Positions 26,894 to 34,500 of a stretch of DNA of 34,500 nucleotides are shown here, piece by piece. The translations under genes were made by a program, and so were the position numbers. A model generated the notes under the pieces. The model was not told the origin of the DNA. It saw nothing but the letters and a program-made list of their open reading frames with translations, and did not search any database. Positions within the stretch are counted from its first letter, which is position 1. Every line of letters begins with the position of its first letter. This stretch comes from Thermoanaerobaculia bacterium (GTDB taxonomy: Bacteria > Acidobacteriota > Thermoanaerobaculia > UBA5066), in assembly GCA_039812785.1 (NCBI GenBank), contig JBDIBE010000002.1, positions 1 to 34,500 of the forward strand. The letters are read 5' to 3'.

Positions 26894-26909
26894 TAGGACC
26901 AAGGTCCTA
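26894..26909. promoter_or_regulatory. Perfect 7-2-7 palindrome TAGGACC-AA-GGTCCTA, candidate operator upstream of kinase 2
   Basis: It is an exact inverted repeat in the most AT-rich part of the 114-nt intergenic region. Its centre lies about 46 nt upstream of ATG 26948. Confidence 0.45.
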
Positions 26910-26947
26910 CTTCATCGACTCCGCGCCTTCGTTCATCCTTTCGGGGG

Positions 26948-29900
26948 ATGTCCGAGTCGCGCCTGTCCGGGGCGGCCTGCCACGGGGGCGGCGCGCCAGA
27001 CCGGGGGACCGCAGGCGCAGGCTCCCCGGGGTCGGGGAACGCCCCCACCGGGCCCGGCACGCCGTCGTCGCTCGACGAGGCCCTCGAGCGGGTCAGCCTC
27101 GCCGTCGAGGCGGGGCGGGCGGGGTGGTGGGAGTGGGACACCACCGCGAACGTCGTCACCTGGTCGCCGGAGGTCTGGGCGCTTTACGACGCCGACCCGC
27201 GCTCCGTCTCGTCTTCGTACGAGGCGTGGAAGGCGACTCTCCACCCGGACGACGTCGCTCCGGCCGAGGCCGCCCTCGCCGCCGCCGTCGCCGCCGGGGA
27301 CGACATCCAGCTCGAGTGGCGCGTGCGGACCCGCGACGGGTCCGAGCGCTGGCTCATGACGCGCGGCCGCCCGAAGCGGAGCGGCGAGACCCGGCCCGGC
27401 CTCTACGTCGGCATCGTCATGGACGTGACCGACCTCCACGGGGCCCGGGAGGCGCGGCGGAGCTCCGAGGAGCTCCTCGCGCTCGCCTTCCGGTCGAGCC
27501 CCGCGGCCATCTCGATCTCGCGGCTGGCGGACGGCATCGTCCTCGAGGTGAACGAAGCCTGGACGCGGCTCGTCGGGATCGGCCGCGACGAGGCTGTCGG
27601 CCGCTCGCTCCTCGACCTCGGGATCTACGTCGACCCCGAGGCCCGCCGGGCCTTCGTCCGCGCCGTCGAGGCCGATGGGCACGCCCGGGGACACGAGGCC
27701 GGCCTGCGGAGCCGGAACGGAGACCTCCGTCACGTGATCCTCGCGGGCGAGAGGATCCGCGTCGACGGCGTCGACTGCGTCCTCTCCGTCCTCGAGGACG
27801 TGACGGGCCGCCGCCGCGCCGAGGAGGCGCTCCGCGAGAGCGAGGCCCGCTACCGGGCCTTCTTCGACTCCCCGGTCGTCGGCACGCTCCAGGGAGACGT
27901 CCACGGAGGGATCGTCGCCGCGAACGACGAGTTCCTGAGGATCGTCGGCTACACGCGCGAGGACCTCGCCGCCGGCCGGATCCGCTGGGACGCCCTGACG
28001 CCGCCCGAGTTCCTCCCGCTCGACGACGCCGGGATCGCCGAGGCCCGCGAGAAGGGCTCCTGCGCGCCGTACGAGAAGCAGTACGTGCGGAAGGACGGCT
28101 CGCTCGTCTGGGTCCTCGTAGGGTTCGCCCTCGTCGGCGAGAGACGCGAGGAGTCGGTCGCGTTCATCCTCGACATCTCGAGGCAGAAGGCCGCGCTCGA
28201 GGCGGTCGCCGCGAGCGAGGGACGCTACCGCGGCACCCTCGACGCGATGCTCGAAGGGTGCCAGATCCTCGGCCACGACTGGCGCTACCTCTACGTGAAC
28301 GCCGCCGCCGAGGTCCACAACAGGCGGCCGACCGGCGAGCTCCTGGGGAGGAGCTACCCGGAGTCCTGGCCCGGCATCGAGGGAACGGAGGTCTTCGCGC
28401 TGATCCGCCGCGGGCTCGAGGAGCGCCTGCCCGGCTCGATGGAGAACTTCTTCACGTACCCCGACGGCAGGACCGGCTGGTTCGAGATCAAGGTTTACCC
28501 GGTCTCCGAAGGGGTCGTCGTCCTGTCCGTCGACATCACGGAGCGAAAGGTCGCCGAAGAGGCGCTCGCCTCCTCGGAGGAGCGATTCCGGGCCCTCTTC
28601 GAGCAGATGACGCAGGGCGTCGTCTACCAGGAGCGCGACGGCCGCATCACGGACGCGAACCCGGCGGCGCAGCGAATCCTCGGCCTCTCGCTCGACCGGC
28701 TGCAGGGCCGGACGTCCCTCGACCCGCGCTGGCAAGCGCTCGACGAGCACGGCGAGCCTCTTGCCGGGGACCGTCATCCGGCGATGCGGGCGCTCGCGTC
28801 CGGGCAGGTCGTCAGCGACTTCCGGCAAGGGATCTTCAACCCCGAGCGGGATGAGATCCGGTGGCTCTCGGTGAGCTCGGTCCCGGAGCTCCGCCCCGGG
28901 GAGGAGACGCCGTTCCGCGTCTTCAGCACCTTCGACGACGTCACGGAACGGAGGCTCGCCGAGGAGGCGCTCCGCGAGAGCGAGGTGCGCTTCCGCTCGC
29001 TCTTCGAGAACATGACGGCCGGTTTCGTTCTGTTCGAGGTCGTGCCGGACGGGAACGGGGCGCCCGAGGACCTCGTCATCCTCGCGGCCAACCGGGGGTT
29101 CGAGGCGACGACGGGGCTGCGGTCGCCGGAGTACCTGGGCCGGCGCCTCACGGACGTCCTGCCCGGCATCGAGAAGGACGCGGCGGACTGGATCGGGACG
29201 TACGGGCGCGTGGCCCTCGGCGGGGAGCCGCGGCAGCTCGAGATGGGCTCGGAGCTGATCGGCGCGCACTTCACCATCGCCGCATTCCGGCCCGCGCCCG
29301 GGCTCTGCGCCGTGACCTTCACGGACACCACCGCGCGGATGCGGGCCGAGGCCGAGATCCGCACGCTCAACGAGAGCCTCGAGGCGCGCGTGAAGGAACG
29401 GACCGAGGAGCTCGAGGGCTTCTCGTACTCCGTCTCGCACGACCTGCGCGCCCCGCTCCGGGCGATCGACGGCTTCGCGAGGCTCCTCGAGGAGGAGCAC
29501 GCCGCCTCCCTGGACGAGGAGGGGCTGCGGCTTCTGGGAGTCGTGCGGCGGAACGCCCGCCAGATGGGCGAGCTCATCGACGACCTCCTCGCGTTCTCGC
29601 GCGTCGGGCGGGCCGCGATGAACCCCGGCCGCGTCGAGATGGAAGCGCTCGCGAGGGCCGCCTGGGCCGAACTCGGGGCCGACGCGAGCCGGGCCGCCTT
29701 CGCGGCCGGGCCGCTCCCCGACGTCCACGGCGACGCCGGGCTCCTCCGCCAGGTCTGGGTGAACCTCCTCTCGAACGCCGTGAAGTTCTCGGCCCGCGCG
29801 GAGAGCCCGCGGGTCGAGGTGAGCGCGAGCGCGGCGGACGGCCGCGTCACCTTCTCGGTCAGGGACAACGGCGTCGGGTTCGACCCGGCCTACGGGGAGA

Positions 29901-30079
29901 AGCTCTTCCACGTCTTCCAGCGCCTCCACTCGCCTCGCGAGTTCCCCGGCACCGGGGTCGGCCTCGCGCTCGTCGAGCGGATCGTCCGGCGACATGGCGG
30001 CAGCGTTTCGGCCGAAGGGAATCCGGGCGCGGGCGCGACGTTCCGCTTCACCCTGCCCGTCCGCGAGGTGACCTCATGA
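26948..30079 (+). CDS. Soluble multi-PAS (about 6 PAS/PAC units) sensor histidine kinase
   Basis: 1043 aa. PAS linkers recur (EEALRESEARYRAFFDS, EEALASSEERFRALFEQM, EEALRESEVRFRSLFENM). H-box FSYSVSHDLRAPLRAI, N-box VWVNLLSNAVKFS, G1 VRDNGVGF, G2 GTGVGLALV. No TM segment. Confidence 0.9.
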   Translation: MSESRLSGAACHGGGAPDRGTAGAGSPGSGNAPTGPGTPSSLDEALERVSLAVEAGRAGWWEWDTTANVVTWSPEVWALYDADPRSVSSSYEAWKATLHPDDVAPAEAALAAAVAAGDDIQLEWRVRTRDGSERWLMTRGRPKRSGETRPGLYVGIVMDVTDLHGAREARRSSEELLALAFRSSPAAISISRLADGIVLEVNEAWTRLVGIGRDEAVGRSLLDLGIYVDPEARRAFVRAVEADGHARGHEAGLRSRNGDLRHVILAGERIRVDGVDCVLSVLEDVTGRRRAEEALRESEARYRAFFDSPVVGTLQGDVHGGIVAANDEFLRIVGYTREDLAAGRIRWDALTPPEFLPLDDAGIAEAREKGSCAPYEKQYVRKDGSLVWVLVGFALVGERREESVAFILDISRQKAALEAVAASEGRYRGTLDAMLEGCQILGHDWRYLYVNAAAEVHNRRPTGELLGRSYPESWPGIEGTEVFALIRRGLEERLPGSMENFFTYPDGRTGWFEIKVYPVSEGVVVLSVDITERKVAEEALASSEERFRALFEQMTQGVVYQERDGRITDANPAAQRILGLSLDRLQGRTSLDPRWQALDEHGEPLAGDRHPAMRALASGQVVSDFRQGIFNPERDEIRWLSVSSVPELRPGEETPFRVFSTFDDVTERRLAEEALRESEVRFRSLFENMTAGFVLFEVVPDGNGAPEDLVILAANRGFEATTGLRSPEYLGRRLTDVLPGIEKDAADWIGTYGRVALGGEPRQLEMGSELIGAHFTIAAFRPAPGLCAVTFTDTTARMRAEAEIRTLNESLEARVKERTEELEGFSYSVSHDLRAPLRAIDGFARLLEEEHAASLDEEGLRLLGVVRRNARQMGELIDDLLAFSRVGRAAMNPGRVEMEALARAAWAELGADASRAAFAAGPLPDVHGDAGLLRQVWVNLLSNAVKFSARAESPRVEVSASAADGRVTFSVRDNGVGFDPAYGEKLFHVFQRLHSPREFPGTGVGLALVERIVRRHGGSVSAEGNPGAGATFRFTLPVREVTS

Positions 30080-30516
30080 CGGACCCGACCCCCTGCGACA
30101 TCCTCATCGTCGAGGACAACCCGGACGACGCCGAGCTGATGCTGCGCGCCCTCCGGCGCGGCCGCCTCCTGAACCCGGTCACCGTCCTCGAGGACGGCGC
30201 CGCGGCGCTCGAGTACCTCGTCGGCCGCGACGGCGGCCCCGGCGGCGTCTCTCCCCCTCCCCGCGTCGTCTTCCTCGACCTGAAGCTCCCGAAGCTGAGC
30301 GGGCTGGAGATCCTCGCGCGCCTCCGCGCAGACGCGAGGACATCGAAGATCCCCGTCGTCGTCATCACCTCCTCGCGCGAGGAGCCGGACATCGAGGCCG
30401 CGTACCGCCTCGGCGTAAACTCGTACGTCGTCAAGCCGGTCGCGTTCGAGGCGTTCGTCGAGTCGATGAGCGCGATCGGCGTCTACTGGATGGCCCTCAA
30501 CACGCCCCCGGGCTGA
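30076..30516 (+). CDS. Single-domain CheY/Rcp1-like response regulator
   Basis: ATG 30076 overlaps the kinase TGA (tcATGAcg). Motifs: ILIVEDNPDD, VVFLDLKLPKLSG, GVNSYVVKP. 146 aa with no output domain. Confidence 0.9.
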   Translation: MTDPTPCDILIVEDNPDDAELMLRALRRGRLLNPVTVLEDGAAALEYLVGRDGGPGGVSPPPRVVFLDLKLPKLSGLEILARLRADARTSKIPVVVITSSREEPDIEAAYRLGVNSYVVKPVAFEAFVESMSAIGVYWMALNTPPG

Positions 30517-30527
30517 AGGAGGCCGAA

Positions 30528-33500
30528 CTGGCCGAGCCGCTCCGCCTGATCGTCGTCGAGGACACCCCCGACGACGCGGAGCTCGCCCTCGCCGAGCTGA
30601 GGCGGGCCGGCTTCGCGCCCGTGGCGCAGCGGGTGGAGACGGGAGCCGACCTGCGGGCCCTGCTCGCCCGGTCGACGCCGGACCTGATCCTCTCGGACTA
30701 CAGCCTGCCGACCTTCACCGGGCTCGAGGCGCTCGCCATCGCGAGGCAGGTCGTCCCGGACGTCCCGTTCATCCTCTACACCGGCTCGCGCAACGAGGAG
30801 ACGGCCGTCCACTGCATGAAGGCGGGGGCCTGGGACTACGTCCTGAAGGACCGCCTCTCTCGGCTGCCGATCGCCGTGAAGCGCGCGCTCGAGAGCGCCG
30901 AGGCGCTGCGCGAGAAGGCGCGGACCGACGCGGCCCTGCGGGCGAGCGAGGAGCGCTACCGGAACGAGCACGCGCGACTGAAAGCGCTCCTCGACGCCAT
31001 CCCCGACCTCGTCTTCTTCAAGGACGCGCGCTCCGTGTTCCTGGGCGGCAACAGCGCCTTCCGGCGCTACACGGGCTGCGGGGAGGCCGAGCTCTCCGGG
31101 AAGACCGACCTCGACTTCGCCCCGCCGCAGGTCGCCGAGGGCTACCGCGCCCTCGACCGCGAGATCCTCGGCTCGGGAGAGGCGCGGCGGACCGAGGAGT
31201 GGATCCCGTTCCACGGCGGCGGAGGCGGCTGGTTCGACACGCTCAAGGCCCCCGTGCGCGGCCCGGACGGCGAGCTTCTCGGCCTCGTCGGCATCTCCCG
31301 CGACGTCACGGAGCGGCGCGAGATGGAGGCGCAGGTCCGGAAGTGGGCCGACGCCTTCGAGCACTGCGCCCACGGCATCGCGATGGGAGAGCCGACGACC
31401 GGCCGGATCATCGCCTGCAACGCCGCGTTCGCCCGCCTGCACGGGAAGGCGGTCGAAGAGGTCGCGGGGACGCGGATCCTGGAGGTCTACGACGCCGCGG
31501 ACCGGCCGATGGTCGCTGCCGCGATCGCCGAGGCCGACCGGGCCGGACAGGTCCGCTACGAGGCGGGAATGCTCGGCGCGGACAGGAGGCGGATCGAGGT
31601 CCAGATGGACGTCGTCTCCGTCCGCGGCGCCGACGGCGGGATCCTCTACCGCGTCGCGACGTGCCTCGACGTGACGGACCGGAAGAGGGCCGAGTCCGAG
31701 CTCGTCCGGAGCGAGGTGCGCTTCCGGTCGCTCGTCGAGGCGACCTCGGACTGGGTCTGGGAGGTGGACGCGGCGGCCCGCTACACCTACGCGAGCCCGA
31801 AGGTCGAGGAGCTCCTCGGCTACCGGCCCGGGGAGCTGATCGGGCGGACGCCGTTCGACCTGATGCCCCCGGGCGAGGCCGATAAGGTCGCCGCCGCCTT
31901 CGCATCGATCGTGACCGAGAAGCGCAGCTTCGCTCACCTCGAGAACGTGAACGTCCGAAAAGACGGCTCCCGCGTCGTCCTCGAGACGTCGGGCGTCCCG
32001 ATGATCGGCCCCGCGGGCGAGCTCCTCGGCTACCGCGGCGTCGACCGGGACGTCACCGAACGAAAGGACGCCGAAGAGAGGATCGCCGACGCCCTCGAGA
32101 TGACGCGGACGGTCATCGACGCCTCGCCCATTGGCATCATGACGCTCCGGGCCGACGGGACGGCCCTCACCGTGAACCGGGCGATCGGGCGCGTTGGCGG
32201 CGGGGAGGCCGCGGAGCTCGTCGGCCGGAGAATGTTCGAGGCGGAGAGCTGGGTCCGGTTCGGGATCGCCGACCTCGCGCGCGCGGCCCTCGCCGAGTGG
32301 TCGGAGAAGGAGATGGAGCGGAAGGTCGTCTCCGTCTTCGGCCGCCCGGTCTGGCTGGACGTGAAGTTCGTCCCGTTCCGGCACGGCGGCGAGCCGCACC
32401 TCCTCGGCCTCTTCGACGACGTCACGGAGCGCAAGCAGGGGGAAGCGGAGCTCCAGATGCACCGGCTTCACCTCGAGGAGCTCGTCCGCGAGCGGACGGC
32501 GCGGCTCGAGGCCGAGGTCGCCGAGCGCCGGGCCGCCGAGGCCGCGCTCGGGAAGGCGCTCGAGGAGGTCCGCGACCTCTACGACAACGCCCCGTGCGGC
32601 TACCACTCGCTCGACACGGAAGGCGTCTTCGTCGACGTGAACGCGACCGAGTGCGCCTGGCTCGGGTACGCGCGGGAGGAGCTCGTCGGCGCGATGCGCC
32701 TCACCGACGTCCTGTCGGAGGCGAGCATCGCCACCTTCCGGGCGAGCTTCCCCCGCTTCATCGAGGCGGGGCACCTCGCCGACCTCGAGATCGAGCTCGT
32801 GCGGAAGGACGGGACGACGTTCTGGGTCCTCGCCAGCGCGACCGCCGTCCGCGGCGCGGACGGCCGCTACCAGAAGAGCCGCACCACGCTCTTCGACGTC
32901 ACCGAGCTGAAGAGGGCCAGGGAGGAGCTCGCCCGCCGCTCGGCCGAGCTGGAGGTCGCCTGGCGTTCCGCCGATGCCGCGAACCGCGCCAAGAGCGCCT
33001 TCCTCGCGAACCTCTCCCACGAGATCCGGACGCCGATGAACGCGATCCTCGGCTTCTCGCAGCTCCTCCAGCGCGACGCCTCGCTCGGGGCGGAGCAGCG
33101 GCGGCACGTCACCTCGATCAACCGGGGCGGCGAGCACCTCCTCGGCCTGATCGACGCCGTCCTCGAGCTCTCCCGGATCGAGGCGGGCAAGGTCACGGTG
33201 ACGAACGCCCCCTTCAGCATCCGGCAGCTCGCCGCCGACCTCGAGACGATGTTCCGCCTCCGGTGCGAGGCGAAGGGAATCGGCCTCGAGGTCGCCGTCG
33301 ACGACGGGCTGCCGCTCGGCGTCCTCGGCGACGAGAGGAAGCTGACTCAGATCCTCGTCAACCTCCTCGGGAACGCGGTGAAGTTCACCGAGCGCGGCGG
33401 CGTGACGCTCGAGATCCGCGCGCGCCAGCCCGGGGCGGCCGGACACCCCGTCGCGTTCAGCGTGGCCGACACCGGGCCCGGCGTGGCGCCGGAAGACCTC

Positions 33501-34370
33501 GCCCGGATCTTCGAGGAGTTCGAGCAGACGGAGGTCGGACGGAAGGCGGGAGGGACCGGCCTCGGGCTTCCCCTCTCCCGCAACCTCGCCCGCCTCCTCG
33601 GCGGCGACCTCGTCGCGGAGAGCCGGCCGGGCGAAGGCTCCACTTTCCGCCTCGTCGTCCCGCTCCCGCCGACCGACGAGGCCTCTGCCTCGCGCCGCGC
33701 CGACGCGCGCCAGCCCTCCGCCCTCGCGCCGGGAAGCCGCGCGCGCGTCCTCGTCGTCGACGACCACGAGACGAACCGGGAGGTCCTCGTCCGGCTGCTC
33801 ACCGACGTCGGGTTCGAGGTGGCGGAGGCCGCCGACGGGCAGGAGGCGATCGAGCGGGCCGTACCGGGAGAGATCGACCTCGTCCTGATGGACCTCCGGA
33901 TGCCGCGAATGAGCGGGCGCGAGGCGATCTCGCGGCTCCGGGCCGCGGGGTACGACCGCCCGATCGTCGTCGTGACGGCGACCGCCTTCGAGGAGGCGCG
34001 GGCCGAGGTCCTCGCCCTCGGGGCCGACGGCTTCGTGAGGAAACCGTTCCGGGCCGTGGAGCTCTTCGAGGAGGTCGCGCGCCTCCTCGGCGTCTCCTAC
34101 GTCTACGACGCGGAGGCCGCGGGCGCGAAGGCGGACGAGGCCCCGGCGGGCCGGGATGTCGCCGACGCCCTCTCGGCCGTCCCGCCCGCGCTCCTCGCCG
34201 AGCTGAGGCGCGCCGCCGAGTCGGCCGACTGGGAGCGGATGCAGGCGCTCGTCGCGCAGGTCGGCGAGACCGCTCCCGGGGCGCTCCCGACCCTCCAGGC
34301 CGCGCTCGACGAGTTCGACTACGCGGCGCTCCTCGGCTGCCTCCCCGGAGGCGGCGAGCCCGAGGCCTGA
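30528..34370 (+). CDS. Hybrid sensor kinase: REC - multi-PAS - coiled coil - PAS - HisKA - HATPase - REC - His-less C-terminal tail
   Basis: The track start (GTG 30621) truncates an obvious N-terminal receiver (LRLIVVEDTPDD ... DLILSDYSLPTFTG ... KAGAWDYVLK). No ATG, GTG or TTG lies upstream in frame. The proposed start is CTG 30528, 5 nt after AAGGAGG (30516-30522). H-box FLANLSHEIRTPMN, N-box ILVNLLGNAVKFT, G1 VADTGPGV, G2 GTGLGLPLS. C-terminal REC: VLVVDDHETN ... DLVLMDLRMPRMSG ... GADGFVRKP. Confidence 0.8.
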   Translation: MAEPLRLIVVEDTPDDAELALAELRRAGFAPVAQRVETGADLRALLARSTPDLILSDYSLPTFTGLEALAIARQVVPDVPFILYTGSRNEETAVHCMKAGAWDYVLKDRLSRLPIAVKRALESAEALREKARTDAALRASEERYRNEHARLKALLDAIPDLVFFKDARSVFLGGNSAFRRYTGCGEAELSGKTDLDFAPPQVAEGYRALDREILGSGEARRTEEWIPFHGGGGGWFDTLKAPVRGPDGELLGLVGISRDVTERREMEAQVRKWADAFEHCAHGIAMGEPTTGRIIACNAAFARLHGKAVEEVAGTRILEVYDAADRPMVAAAIAEADRAGQVRYEAGMLGADRRRIEVQMDVVSVRGADGGILYRVATCLDVTDRKRAESELVRSEVRFRSLVEATSDWVWEVDAAARYTYASPKVEELLGYRPGELIGRTPFDLMPPGEADKVAAAFASIVTEKRSFAHLENVNVRKDGSRVVLETSGVPMIGPAGELLGYRGVDRDVTERKDAEERIADALEMTRTVIDASPIGIMTLRADGTALTVNRAIGRVGGGEAAELVGRRMFEAESWVRFGIADLARAALAEWSEKEMERKVVSVFGRPVWLDVKFVPFRHGGEPHLLGLFDDVTERKQGEAELQMHRLHLEELVRERTARLEAEVAERRAAEAALGKALEEVRDLYDNAPCGYHSLDTEGVFVDVNATECAWLGYAREELVGAMRLTDVLSEASIATFRASFPRFIEAGHLADLEIELVRKDGTTFWVLASATAVRGADGRYQKSRTTLFDVTELKRAREELARRSAELEVAWRSADAANRAKSAFLANLSHEIRTPMNAILGFSQLLQRDASLGAEQRRHVTSINRGGEHLLGLIDAVLELSRIEAGKVTVTNAPFSIRQLAADLETMFRLRCEAKGIGLEVAVDDGLPLGVLGDERKLTQILVNLLGNAVKFTERGGVTLEIRARQPGAAGHPVAFSVADTGPGVAPEDLARIFEEFEQTEVGRKAGGTGLGLPLSRNLARLLGGDLVAESRPGEGSTFRLVVPLPPTDEASASRRADARQPSALAPGSRARVLVVDDHETNREVLVRLLTDVGFEVAEAADGQEAIERAVPGEIDLVLMDLRMPRMSGREAISRLRAAGYDRPIVVVTATAFEEARAEVLALGADGFVRKPFRAVELFEEVARLLGVSYVYDAEAAGAKADEAPAGRDVADALSAVPPALLAELRRAAESADWERMQALVAQVGETAPGALPTLQAALDEFDYAALLGCLPGGGEPEA

Positions 34371-34380
34371 GCCACTCCCC

Positions 34381-34500
34381 TCAGCGGGCCGAGAGGCCGT
34401 ACCAGTGGAAGGCCGCGAGGACGAGGGCGTGCCGGATGCGCCCCGCGCGGACGAGCCCCGCGACCTCGGCCTCGGGGATCGTCTCGACGCGGAGGTCCTC
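34381..34500 (-). CDS. 3' end of a convergent gene (39 C-terminal residues); possibly NUDIX-type hydrolase
   Basis: The minus-strand translation is EDLRVETIPEAEVAGLVRAGRIRHALVLAAFHWYGLSAR*, with the stop at complement 34381-34383. The pattern resembles C-termini of ADP-ribose pyrophosphatase-like NUDIX proteins, but this is weak. The rest of the gene lies outside the window. Confidence 0.3.
   Translation of the reverse strand, partial: EDLRVETIPEAEVAGLVRAGRIRHALVLAAFHWYGLSAR

Noticed and set aside
30502-30516. A programmed -1 frameshift at the C5G3 run, fusing RR2 to the hybrid kinase (REC-REC-PAS...).
   Set aside because: No canonical X-XXY-YYZ slippery heptamer lies in the RR2 frame. A strong AAGGAGG directly after the stop argues for independent initiation. 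An assembly indel cannot be excluded without reads.

Overview
This is a very GC-rich, GC3-saturated bacterial chromosomal segment. It carries 24 densely packed protein-coding genes on both strands. I saw no rRNA, tRNA, CRISPR array, transposase or integrase. Taxon is unknown; an Acidobacteriota- or Myxococcota-like organism is only a guess. Long shadow ORFs typical of high-GC DNA dominate the six-frame track. I chose real genes by family motifs, GGAGG Shine-Dalgarno placement and 4-nt start/stop overlaps (ATGA or GTGA, seen four times).

Gene content, left to right:
- NfeD protease (partial; absent from the ORF track).
- A PAP2 protein with sphingomyelin/IPC-synthase-type motifs, converging on a GNAT + serine-palmitoyltransferase-like alpha-oxoamine synthase operon.
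- Secreted M1 metallopeptidase + polytopic membrane protein.
- Aspartate aminotransferase + pckA.
- LtaS/sulfatase-family transferase + secreted YtcJ-like amidohydrolase.
- fadH + MATE-like transporter (minus strand).
- A 1222-aa secreted endonuclease-I-family multidomain nuclease.
- An HCX5R Cys-phosphatase translationally coupled to a SpoU/TrmH methyltransferase.
- DUF421 / alpha-beta hydrolase / AMMECR1 operon (minus strand).
- A 9.7-kb block of three soluble multi-PAS histidine kinases and two response regulators.
- A partial convergent gene.

Most noteworthy observations:
1. A candidate (phospho)sphingolipid-type lipid locus.
2. The nuclease C-terminus, which has two gap-free 156-aa modules that look like circularly permuted lamin-tail domains. 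They symmetrically flank a 2 x 279-nt tandem Ig-like repeat.
3. Divergent genes 20 nt apart that share an overlapping -10 box (perfect TATAAT) placed 6 nt from each GTG start, suggesting leaderless mRNAs.
4. A perfect 7-2-7 palindrome upstream of the second kinase, next to a NarL/FixJ-type regulator.
5. A hybrid kinase whose N-terminal receiver has no ATG/GTG/TTG start; a CTG behind a strong SD is likely.
6. A sequence-identical 26-nt GNRA-loop hairpin after two unrelated genes.

I cannot point to a clearly novel multi-gene system such as a defence system. All functional calls are motif-level readings made without database searches.
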